From Macrostomum hystrix (Eukaryota > Animalia > Platyhelminthes), in the NCBI GenBank assembly GCA_950097015.1, contig CATNEN010000001.1, positions 4,774,001 to 4,838,000 on the forward strand: a stretch of 64,000 nucleotides of DNA, written 5' to 3'. The notes under the pieces were generated by a model. That model did not search any database, was not told the DNA's origin, and saw only the letters and a list, made by a program, of their open reading frames with translations. Each line of letters starts with the position of its first letter. Positions within the stretch are counted from its first letter, which is position 1. The position numbers were made by a program, and so were the translations under genes. Below, in pieces: positions 37,401-49,300 of this stretch.

Positions 37401-40400
37401 AGACGGTTGAAGTAGACTAATAGATAGAAGTAGACTGGAGTAGACAAGTAAGAAGCAGTAGACAGTGGAAGTAGACAGATGGGGAGAATAGTAGACTGTG
37501 GAAGAATACAGATGAGTAGGATAGTAGACAGTGGAAGTAGACAGATGAGGATAATAGTGGACAGTGGATGTAGACGGGTGAGGAGAATAGTAGACTGTGG
37601 AAGTAGACTGGAAGAAGACAGATGAGTAGGATAGTAGACAGTGGAAGTAGACCGGTGAGGAGAATAGTAGACAGTGGAAGTAGACTGGTGAGGATAATAG
37701 TGGACAGTGGAAGTAGACTGGTGAGGAGAATAGTAGACAGTGGAAGTAGACCGGTGAGGAGAATAGTAGACAGTGGAAGTAGACTGGTGAGGAGAATAGT
37801 AGACAGTGGAAGTAGACCGGTGAGGAGAATAGTAGACAGTGGAAGTAGACGGGTGAGGAGAATAGTAGACTGTGGAAGTAGACCGGTGAGGAGAATAGTA
37901 GACTGTGGAAGTAGACTGGAAGAAGACAGATGAGTAGGATAGTAGACAGTGGAAGTAGACTGGAAGAAGACAGATGAGTATGATAGTAGACAGTGGAAGT
38001 AGACTGGTGAGGAGAATAGTAGACAGTGGAAGTAGACCGGTGAGGAGAATAGTAGACAGTGGAAGTAGACGGGTGAGGAGAATAGTAGACTGGAAGTAGA
38101 CTGGTGAGGAGAATAGTAGACTGTGGAGGTAGACTGGTGAGGAGAATAGTAGACTGTGGAAGTAGACTGGTGAGGAGAATAGTAGACTGTGGAAGTAGAC
38201 TGGTGAGGAGAATAGTAGACTGGAAGTAGACTGGTGAGGAGAATAGTAGACTGTGGAAGTAGACTGGTGAGGATCTCTCACATCTCCCAACCGCAGGTTC
38301 TATTCCCAGATACTCGCCTGTCGTTTCCATGCGAAGAGTCGCTGAACTCCATGCTGCAGCATCCGCCGTTGCGGCCTGTCACTCGGCAGGGCTGGGATGT
38401 GATCCCGCCTAGTCGAGAGGAGCAACTGCTCAACCAGCTGCAGTTGACTCTGAGACGCGACTGTCTTAGCGAACTGCCAGACGCTGAGCGGGATCTACTG
38501 TGGCACTTCCGTCAGTACTGCTGCAGTCACGAGCCAGCCTCGCTGCCCCTGCTGGCTAGCGCTGTCAACTGGGCCAATCACAACGAAGTGTTCAGCTTCT
38601 ATTATCTACTAGAGCAGTGGAGTATGCCCCTGCCATTGCACACCAGTCTTCAACTGTTGGGGCCAAGGTTTATGGATCCCAGACTGCGATCCATGGCTGT
38701 GGAATCTTTAAATTCAACTCTAAATGATAAACTATTTCGCAGATTACTGCTGCAGCTAGTGCAATGCTTGAAATTTGAACCGTTTCTTAGCAACCGATTG
38801 ACGCATTTTCTACTGAGATGGGCGCTGAAAAGTGTGAGGTGAGTGTGACTCACTTATAAACCGTTTTCTAAACCGTTTTGAATCCACTGTTGGGTTTAGG
38901 ATTCAGGCTCTTAACCAATTCTATTTGGGATTTTAACACATTACTGATTTAATTTTGGGATTCTAACACATTACCGATTCAATTTTTGGGATTCAGACCC
39001 TTTACCGATCTCCATTTAGGATTCGAACCCTTTACCGATCTCCATTTAGGATTCGAACCCTTTACCGATTTCCATTTGGGATTCGAACCCTTTAACGATT
39101 TCCATTTGGGATTCGAACCCTTTAACAATTTCCATTTGGGATTCGAACCCTTTAACGATTTCCGATTCGAACCCTTAGCCGATTCCCATTTGGGATTTAA
39201 ACCTTTAACGACCCCCGTTTAAGATTCGAACCCCTTTCCAATCTCCTATAGATTGTGAGATTCAAGCTTAAGTACGAATCCTCAGTAGAACTTGGGATTC
39301 CACAAGTAGGTTTGAGTAGGTAAAATGTTTCAAATTATTCCCAAAATAATTTACTAAAGATTTATAATTACGGGTAGTCATTTAATTCTTTCCTCGCAGG
39401 TCGGGAGTTCGATTCTTCTGGTACCTCTGGTCGGAGATTCATCATCAGCAGCTTCGGCTCCGATTCACCCTAATCCTGGAGGCATTTTGCCGCGGCTTCG
39501 GCCCCGGCCTAAATCTGCTGGCCCGGCAGCGCGACGCCATAGACAAACTCGTCACCCTGGCAACCACGGTTAGAACCGAGCGAGACGACCAGCAACAGAA
39601 GATGTTCACGGCCATGCTGCAGACTCAAGAGTTGGTCAATGATATCAGCATGTTCACTTCACCGCTGGAGCCTTCGGAGGAGCTGGGCTCTCTGAAGGTC
39701 AGTCGCAGCTTTTCGGTCATTGTTGAATTAATTTTATAGCGGATGGGATATTTTTAGCCTTTAACAGGAGATTCTAGAGGCCAAGTTTTTGTTATTTATT
39801 GTGATAATATTCGAGCGATATTTTAGGATTTCAAAAAGATTCTAAGCCAGGTGTAACAGTAAGATATTTTTAGATTTTTTAAATAGGATTGTAGGCCTGA
39901 TACAGCGGATATATTTAGGGATTTAAAAGGATTCTAAGCCAGATATGACAGTAGGTTATTTCTTAGATTTAAAAGGGATATTATGCTATATTTTATTTTG
40001 GCATTTAAAGAGGATATTCTCAGACAGATATGACTGGGATATTTTGGTATTTGAAGAGGATATTCTCAGACAGATATGACTGGAATATTTTGGTATTTGA
40101 AGAGGATATTCTCAGACAGATATGACTGGGATATTTTGGTATTTGAAGAGGATATTCTCTGACAGATATGACTGGGATATTTTGGTATTTGAAGAGGATA
40201 TTCTCAGACAGATATGACTGGAATATTTTGGTATTGGAAGAGGATATTCTCAGACAGATATGACTGGGATATTTTGGTATTTGAAGAGGATATTCTCAGA
40301 CAGATATGACTGGGATATTTTGGGATTTCACGCATATTTTCCCATTCATTCAGCCCGAGCGGTGCAAGATCAAGAAGTCAAAGAAGCGGCCGCTGTGGCT

Positions 40401-43263
40401 GGAATGGAACAACCCGGATCCCATGGCTTCGCATCACTTCACCGACTATAAGCTGATTTTCAAGCACGGAGACGATCTCAGGCAGGACATGCTCTCCCTG
40501 CAGCTCATCGCCCTTATGGACGACGTCTGGCGCGATGAGCTCGGCTATAGTCTGAGAATGTCTCCTTACAACTGCCTAGCAACTGGGCGGCATATGGGAC
40601 TCATCGAGGTGAGTTATTGGGTGGGGATCTGGCCAGGATGGGATCTAGCAATGGGGATAATGCGGGATCTGGTCTGGGTGGATTACTGTGTGTATTGTAT
40701 ATAGCCAAATGATATCTACACGAGGATTTATCGAGACTGGTTACTTAGGGGTGTAGCCAAATATTGTAATTGGGGATCTGGCCAAGTGGGATATTTGGTA
40801 ATCAGATTAGGTGGGAAAATTCGGAATATGCCCAGGTAGGATTATTTTGTGATCTGGAGATAATTAAATATAAAAATTAGGGATAATTAGCGATCTGGCC
40901 AGGTGGGACCATCTGGGATCTAGCGAGGTGAGATATTTGGAATCCGACCAGGTGGGATAACTCGGACCCTGGCCAGGTGGGATAACTCGGACCCTGACCA
41001 GGTGGGATAATTCGGACCCTGACCATGTGGGATAATTCGGACCCTGACCAGGTGGGATAATTCGGACCCTGACCAGGTGGGATAATTTGGAATCCGACCA
41101 GGTGGGATAATTCGGACCCTGACCAGGTGGGATAATTCGGACCCTGACCAGGTGGGATAATTCGGACTCTGACCAGATGGGATAATTAGCAATCAGAGCG
41201 AATTGGATTATTGAGAATCTGGCCTTGTGGGATAAATCAGAATCGACCAGGTGGGATTTTTATACGGGATTTTAAGTTTTAATCAGTTATCCCAACTTCA
41301 ACCAGGTGGTGCGAGACGCCTACACGGTGATGGGCATCCAGAAGGAGCGCACCACGGTTGCCGCCATGCAGATGGACAGCTCCCAACTGTACAAATGGCT
41401 TCTGGAGCAGAATCCAGATCCCAACACGCACGAGGCCGTGGTGCAAACCTTCAAGAAGTCCTGCGCTGGCTACTGCGTGGCCACATTCTTACTGGGCATC
41501 CGGGACAGGCACCCCGACAATATCATGCTAAGCCGAAGCGGCCAACTGTTGCACATCGATTTCGGTCATTTCCTAAATAATAAAAAGAAGAAATTTGGCA
41601 TTGCCAGGGAGCGAGTGCCGTTTGTACTGACACAGGTGAGTCTAAGTTATGGATTCGTGATTAAGATGCTCATTACGTAGGAACTGCTGTTCAATGTCAT
41701 TTTTAATTGTTTCCAGTGATTTAGATTCTCGTGACCTATATTCCTTGTCATTTAGTTGCTCATGACCCATATTCCTTCTCATTTAGTTGTTCCTGATCCA
41801 TATTCCTTGTCATTTAGTTGTTCCTGATCCATATTCCTTGTCATTTAGTTGTTCATGACCCATATTCCTTGTCATTTAGTTGTTCCTGATCCATATTCCT
41901 TGTCATTTAGTTGTTCATGACCCATATTCCTTGTCATTTAGTTGTTCATGACCCATATTCCTTCTCATTTAGTTGCTCATGGCCCATATTCCTTGTCATT
42001 TAGTTGTTCATGACCCATATTCCTTCTCATTTAGTTGCTCATGGCCCATATTCCTTGTCATTTAGTTGTTCCTGATCCATATTCCTTGTCATTTATTTGC
42101 TCATGACCCATATTCCTTCTCATTTAGTTGCTCATGACCCATATTCCTTCTCATTTAGTTGTTCATGACCCATATTCCTTCTCATTTAGTTGCTCATGGC
42201 CCATATTCCTTGTCATTTAGTTGTTCCTGATCCATATTCCTTCTCATTTAGTTGCTCATGGCCCATATTCCTTGTCATTTAGTTGTTCATGATCTATATT
42301 CCTTGTCATTTAGTTGCTCATGACCCATATTCCTTCTCATTTAGTTGCTCATGGCCCATATTCCTTGTCATTTAGTTGTTCATGATCCATATTCCTTCTG
42401 ATTTAGTTGCTCATGGCCCATATTCCTTGTCATTTAGTTGTTCATGACCCATATTCCTTCTCATTTAGTTGCTTATGGCCCATATTCCTTGTCATTTAGT
42501 TGTTCATGATCTATATTCCTTGTCATTTATTTGCTCATGACCCATATTCCTTCTCATTTAGTTGCTCATGGCCCATATTCCTTGTCATTTAGTTGTTCAT
42601 GATCCATATTCCTTGTCATTTAGTTGTTCATGGCCCATATTCCTTGTCATTTAGTTGCTCATGACCCATATTCCTTGTCATTTAGTTGCTCATGACCCAT
42701 ATTCCTTGTCATTTATTTGCTCATGACCCATATTCCTTGTCATTTAGTTGCTCATGACCCATATTCATAGTCATTTATTTGCTGATGACCCATATTCATA
42801 GTCATTTATTTGCTGATGACTCATTACCCATTGATTCTTTTGCTCATGACTCATTGCCAAGTCATTAGTTGCTCATGACTCATTTCCCAGTCATTGTCGC
42901 TCATGACTCATTTCACAGGACTTTGTCCGCATCATCTGTCGCGATCGTGACGGCTCGATGGCCTGGCGCGAACTGATCTCCAAGCAAGAGTTTGCTGAAT
43001 TCACATCGCTCTGCAGTCAGGCCTACCTGGCACTGAGGCGTCACTCCGCCCTATTCCTGACCCTGTTCACACTCATGCTGCATTCGGGTATACCTGAGCT
43101 GCAGTCGCCTCAGGATCTGGAATATCTGCGCTCGACTCTGGCCCTGGATCGCAAGGAATCCGAAGCAAAGGCCTACTTCGACAAACAGTTCAACGAGGCT
43201 GTACAGAATGCTTGGACTACCAAGATTGACTGGATGGGACATTTTGTTGCTAACGGCGAGTGA
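34498..43263 (+). CDS. Class I PI3K catalytic subunit p110 (PIK3CA/B/D-like); exons 34498-34950, 35480-36067, 36913-37386, 38297-38838, 39400-39697, 40354-40608, 41306-41635, 42919-43263
   Basis: p85-binding (VDVLLPSG, FLEETLRLSQLRLF), Ras-binding (YLVKVCCCNQYL), C2 (DLPIYARLC), helical (LLQLVQCLKFEPFL; exon 5 RFFWYLWSEIH is absent from the ORF track) and kinase domains (SKKRPLWL, FKHGDDLRQDML, SCAGYCVATFLLGIRDRHPDN, HIDFGHFL, RERVPFVLT, WTTKIDW). All eight exons join in frame at GT-AG sites. Confidence 0.95.
34970..35320. repeat. 34-bp minisatellite in PI3K intron 1 (GGGAATTCCCCATATTACAGGTGTTCTGCTTGGA)
   Basis: About ten units, each with the palindrome GGGAATTCCC. Confidence 0.9.
36250..36722. 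repeat. Pure polypyrimidine 20-22-bp minisatellite in PI3K intron 2 (CCCCTCTTCTCTTTCTCTCT)
   Basis: About 470 nt containing only C and T on the + strand. Confidence 0.95.
37410..38275. repeat. 33-bp purine-rich minisatellite in PI3K intron 3 (GTGGAAGTAGACTGGTGAGGAGAATAGTAGACA)
   Basis: Tandem copies fill almost the whole intron. Confidence 0.95.
38925..39235. repeat. 30-bp minisatellite in PI3K intron 4 (GGGATTCGAACCCTTTACCGATTTCCATTT)
   Basis: Tandem copies with degenerate edges. Confidence 0.9.
40010..40325. repeat. 46-bp minisatellite in PI3K intron 5 (GAGGATATTCTCAGACAGATATGACTGGGATATTTTGGTATTTGAA)
   Basis: About seven near-identical units, with degenerate copies upstream. Confidence 0.9.
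40935..41190. repeat. 25-bp minisatellite in PI3K intron 6 (GACCAGGTGGGATAATTCGGACCCT)
   Basis: Tandem copies, with degenerate copies upstream in the intron. Confidence 0.9.
41730..42910. repeat. 31-bp minisatellite in PI3K intron 7 (CATGACCCATATTCCTTGTCATTTAGTTGTT)
   Basis: Tandem copies that grade into the acceptor CATGACTCATTTCACAG. Confidence 0.95.
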
Positions 43264-43419
43264 TTTTGCTTTCAGTTGACGATCTTCAATCAACGATAAT
43301 TTCTTGATTTGTCTGCTTTTTAATTTTAATAAGACAGTTTCTTCCATCTGCTATATCTACTTAACCATATCTCCGTCTACTCCTCCCATGAACATCTACC
43401 TGCATCTCTGAACAGCTGC

Positions 43420-44040
43420 CTACTTCTCTCACCTCCTGTCTACCTCTCCCACCCTCAACCTACTTCTCTCACCGCCTGTCTACTTCTCCCACCCTTAACC
43501 TACTTCTCTCACCTCTTGTCTACTTCTCCCACCCTCAACCTACTTCTCTCACCTCCTGTCTACTTCTCCCACCCTCAAACCTACTTCTCTCACCTCCTGT
43601 CTACTTCTCCCACCCTCAAACCTACTTCTCTCACCTGTCTACCTCTCCCACCCTCAACCTACTTCTCTCACCGCCTGTCTACTTCTCCCACCCTCAACCT
43701 ACTTCTCTCACCGCCTGTCTACCTCTCCCACCCTCAACCTACTTCTCTCACCCTCAACCTACTTCTCTCACCGCCTGTCTACTTCTCCCACCCTCAACCT
43801 AATTCTCTCACCTCCTGTCTACCTCTCCCACCCTCAACCTACTTCTCTCACCTCCTGTCTACCTCTCCCACCCTCAACCTACTTCTCTCACCCTCAACCT
43901 ACTTCTCTCACCGCCTGTCTACCTCTCCCACCCTCAACCTAATTCTCTCACCTCCTGTCTACCTCTCCCACCATCAACCTACTTCTCTCACCTCCTGTCT
44001 ACCTCTCCCACCCTTAACCTACTTCTCTCACCTCCTGTCT
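43420..44040. repeat. 40-bp (2x20) C-rich minisatellite downstream of the PI3K stop
   Basis: CTACTTCTCTCACCTCCTGTCTACTTCTCCCACCCTCAAC repeated. Confidence 0.9.
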
Positions 44041-46313
44041 CTCATTTTTTGTTTCTCTGGAACAGAATCCACAGTTATAAATTTCATCGTGTCAAATGCA
44101 GACTAAATGACGGTATCGCTTAGAACTTACAGTTCTGTATCTGCATAGCTTTGTGTTTCCGTTTATTTAATAATGACCACTTTTATCTCAAGCTTAATTT
44201 AATAACAGCTACTAAGTGTGTTTAATTTTATCGATTAAACACCTGTACTGATGCCTGTTTTTCCGATACTACTAAATAGTCACAGTAGCAGTAGCTTTGG
44301 CGCACATTTTCTCGGCCCAGTTGATAAGAGCGTGTGTAAATGTTATTTGATGAATTAATCTTTTTTATGTAGAGTTCATGTATATTGTTCACTAATATAA
44401 TAGTGCTCATTCTAATATTTCCACTGCACTAAGCTATCTATAATTTATTAGATAATCGTAATATTGTTGTTGTAATACATATGTATTTAGATTTTCTCTT
44501 GATTATGTTGTTTGTCGTTCTCAACCACTCTCATTTATCATTTATTTATAAGTAAAGCATAAATTTTTTGCATGATAATTTTTTTCTTTCAAAGATCTTT
44601 GTTTACGAGCAAAATGAGTTCGTAGTTGCTGTTTTGTTTTCTATAACCGATTCTGTTTTGAACTTTTTTGTTATAATTAATAGCAATTTTTTGTTTTCCG
44701 TTTAGCGTACCATGTTTATAGCTTCAATCGTAGCTCTAGTTTTGAGGAAATAAAAATCAAGATGTTATTTTTGTTTTATCTGTGCTATAAGATTTGTTTT
44801 GATCAAGCGCATCAAGCTTTCGCGTCGTCAAGTTTTGTCTTCGTTTATCGCATGCTTGCTGTTCTATGTAAAACCATGTTTTCGAGCTGCTCTTGTTGAT
44901 GTATTTGGTCGAATCGACAGTATAGAATAAATATACACACAATAATATTGATGTTTCCTCTTTTGATGAAAGAATACTTCGATTGAATTATACATATAGG
45001 TATTTTCTGACGTATTTTAAAAGCTTTTTTCTTTTAGCTTTTTTGACGCAATTTCTTTATTTTAGAACAGTAATACACACTATATAAACTGAATATAAAT
45101 TTGAAGCCTAGACAAAAATTCAGTGCTACGAGTGTAAATATTATCTACTGGATATAAATGATATTATCATTTCGCTCATCGAGCCTTTGAGGTCGTAAAT
45201 GCTACTAACCAGTCAAAAGTTATATTTAAGCTCCTGATTAGCATCGCCAAAGTTCAAACCTCCAAGTGTTGTTTGTTTGAACTTAGAAATCTATAAACAG
45301 TCAAACAGGCAAATATCATGAAAGACATTAAACATTTCGGCTTCGGGCAGTCTTATCGGTGGCACCGATTTTAAATTACACGCCTAAGTAAAACTAAATT
45401 TATTATAAAAAATAACTTTGAAAAATCTGCTAGCTAGGCTTTATAAACTTAAATCTCAGTTTCATACTCAGTCTCAGAGATTTATTTTTAGAAAATTCTT
45501 ATTATAACTTTGTACTAAGCTTTACACTAGATTTTTAACTAGACAGTTTTATCCGAATTTTTGCGCAGTCATATGGTCTTAAGCTAAGCTATAGTGCAGG
45601 ATTAAACATTTGGCGTTTAACACAAACACACAAAACACAAAACTATCTTAATTTTATATAATGGAAAGTAATACACGGCAATAGGTTACAATACAAGAAC
45701 TCACAAAAGATACATGACACAATATGTTTATCGCTGTAGTTAATATACATATTATGTAGTCAATTGTTAGCATTTTTTAGTTTTTTATAATATTTTTTCT
45801 CTTCACTATATTTGTTATAAAAGAAACTAAAAATTCCTAATTTTTCATAATAATGTTTTTAATATTAGTGGGTGCATTTATCATAAATTTGCAATAAACA
45901 AATCTATTTTTATGGAAGTATTTTTCTTTAAGAAACACAGTTTTATCATAAATATTTTCATAATAAAATGGGAATAAATATGCAGACCCCAATACGACCA
46001 CCTAAGAAAAAGGAGTAAACATAATCTATGTCTGCTGCTGTGTTTTCTTTTTGCGCAAAAACTTGCTCTATACTATGTAATGTTTTAAGTTAGTGCTTTG
46101 TAAATGTTTGCAAAATTAAGATCGAAGCTTTTTTATCTGATTCATGATATAGCTCAAAACAATTATACATTTTCCAAATAATGAAATAAATGGTGATGAC
46201 AAAAATGTGCTATGGATTTGAATTAAAATTGTGACAACAAATCACATTTTTATTAAAGATCCTGGCTACCAACTAGCTTTACAAGGAGCTTTGATCCATA
46301 ACAAAACCAAGGC

Positions 46314-49300
46314 ATGAACAACAATCGCGGCAGAAAGTCGCTGAACATTCGCGAGGGCCAGTTCTACCCGCCGCCGCATTTCACCCTGCTGCCCAGCGCC
46401 AGCCTCGGTGCTAGCCTCGGCAGTTGCGGCAGCGGCCCAGCGTCCAATGCTGCGTCATCTGCGCCGCAGCGTTTCGGTGCTGCAGCTCCGGGTGCCATCA
46501 AGCAGCAGCAGTTTCTTCTGCAGCAACAGCAGCAGCAGGCGGCGATGATTTCGCCGTCCGATTTTATCGCTCGCCAGGATCGCAGTAGATCCTTCACGGG
46601 CGATTTGCCACAGCAGCTGGGCGGCAGGGCGCCACTTCGCGGGGTGTCGTCTCGCCCTCTGTCCAATCAGACAACTCGAAGCGGCGCGGCCGTCATCGAT
46701 GGATCATCGTCAGGTGACCGGATGGCTCTCGTGGAGAATGGCGGTGGCGGCTCCGTGTGCTACCGCAGCGCTGAGGAGAGAGCAGCCAATCCTGACAGAC
46801 TCTCGCTTGACCGGTTAGTCTTGGGTGTTTCTAATTAATCTTACATTGATTCAATTTATATTCAAAGGGAGCTTCAAACAAGCTTTTAGCGAAGTGGCTA
46901 GAGCGAATCTTACTCCGATGGAATGTTTTGCGAGCTTGAGCAAGACAATTAGCACTGCGCCTCAGTGCGGCCTTGCCAGGCTTTCAAAATTGATCAGCAT
47001 GTCACCCGAATGTGCCTGCATCATCTCCGTCTTCGTTGGTCACCTACCTTTATTTAGACGGAGCTGCTGGACCTTCAAGGGTTACAACAGGTGGAAATAG
47101 GCCACTATGGACACCCTGACGCGAATTTCTCCAATATTCTCCAATACCACCGCCTAGTCTGTCAACCAATCATTTAAGTAATTTTCAGCCAATCCTAATC
47201 ACTCACACAGTCGCGGCCTGACCTCCTGCCCGCTCCTCGAAGGAGAAGAGAATCTACGGCTGTTGAATTATCAGCACAATAGCATCCAACGAATTCAGCA
47301 TTTGACAGCCTTTCGTAAACTGATATTTCTTGACTTGTATGACAACCAGATCGACGAGATCGGCGGACTCGGTAGCCTCAGATCGCTGCGTGTCCTCATG
47401 CTGGGCAAGAACCGGATTCGCCGAATTCAAGGCCTCGACGCCCTGACTAAACTGGACGTGCTAGATCTCCATGGCAACGACATTGTTGAACTGGAGAATG
47501 TGTCTCACCTTAGCGAGTTGAGGGTTCTCAACTTGGCCAGCAATTGCATTCAGGTGAGAAACAGTTGGAATGTGCTGATGGATCCTTAATGTCAGTGGAA
47601 TGTGCTGATTGATCCTTAATATTTGTTGAAATGTGCTCATGGATCCTTGATGTCAGTTGAAATGTGCTGATGTATAATTGATGTCAGTGGAATGTACTGA
47701 TGGATCATTGATGTCAGTGGAATGTACTGATGGATCATTGATGTCAGTGGAATGTACTGATGGATCATTGATGTCAGTGGAATGTGCTGATGGATCATTG
47801 ATGTCAGTGGAATGTACTGATGGGTCATTGATGCCAGTTGGAATGTGCTGATGGGTCATTGATGCCAGTTGGAATGTACTGATGGATCATTGATGTCAGT
47901 TGGAATGTACTGATGGGTCATTGATGTCAGTTGGAATGTACTGATGGATCATTGATGTCAGTTGGAATGTACTGATGGATCATTGATGTCAGTGGAATGC
48001 GCTGATGGATCATTGATGTCAGTGGAATGCGCTGATTGATCATTGATGTCAGTTGGAATGTACTGATGGATCATTGATGTCAGTTGGAATGTACTGATGG
48101 GTCATTGATGTCAGTTGGAATGTACTGATGGATCATTGATGTCAGTGGAATGCGCTGATGGATCATTGATGTCAGTGGAATGCGCTGATGGATCATTGAT
48201 GTCAGTTGGAATGTACTGATGGATCATTGATGTCAGTTGGAATGTACTGATGGGTCATTGATATCAGTTGGAATGTACTGATGGATCATTGATGTCAGTT
48301 GGAATGTACTGATGGATCATTGATGTCAGTTGAAATGTGCTGATGGATCATTGATGTCAGTTGGAATGTGCTGATGGATCATTGATGTCAGTTGGAATGT
48401 GCTGATGGATCATTGATGTCAGTTGGAATGTGCTGATGGATCATTGATGTCAGTTGGAATGTACTGATGGGTCATTGATGTCAGTTGGAATGTGCTGATG
48501 GATCATTGATGTCAGTTGGAATGTGCTGATGGATCATTGATGTCAGTTGGAATGTGCTGATGGATCATTGATGTCAGTTGGAATGTACTGATGGATCATT
48601 GATGTCAGTTGGAATGTGCTGATGGATCATTGATGTCAGTTGGAATGTGCTGATGGGTCATTGATGTCAGTTGGAATGTACTGATGGGTCATTGATGTCA
48701 GTTGGAATGTTCCAGCAGCACACACAGTTTATGTTACAAACCAACCAATCAACTGTCAAACTGTCAGGTCGTCCGCAATCTGCGCGGCATGACGGCCCTG
48801 ACTGAGTTGAACTTGCGTCGCAACCAGATTCACACGGTTCACGACATCGACGCGCTGCCGAATCTGCAGCGACTGTTCCTGAGTTTCAACGGAATCCAGG
48901 CCTGGTCGAATGTGTCCTGCCTCGGTGAATCGCCCTCGCTGGCCGAGCTGACTATGGATGGGACTCCATTGTCCAAACAGGCTAATTATCGTAGCCAGGT
49001 AGGATTGGAATTTGAAAAGTGAGAGACGAAAACATGGTCTCGATGAGATTGTGACAATTAATGTCAAGTCTAAACCACGTTAATACGAAAATGTACTAGA
49101 GCTGAGGCTTAGAGTGGCTCTAGACTAAAGTGTATAGTAACGCCGATTTACCAGTCGCGTCTTGTCTCGCCGACCCTAAGCCTGGTGAGGCAGGGCCAAA
49201 GCTCAATTACTTTATGAAAGCTAAACTCACCAGCCAATCGGCACTCGGGAAGGGTTAGGGCAAAGCTGGGTAGGCCTGAGAGATAAGAGAGAGCTGAAGG

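Noticed and set aside
36117-38330. Long S/L/P-rich ORFs on both strands
   Set aside because: They read through intronic minisatellites; only 36913-37386 and sequence from 38297 onward are PI3K exons.
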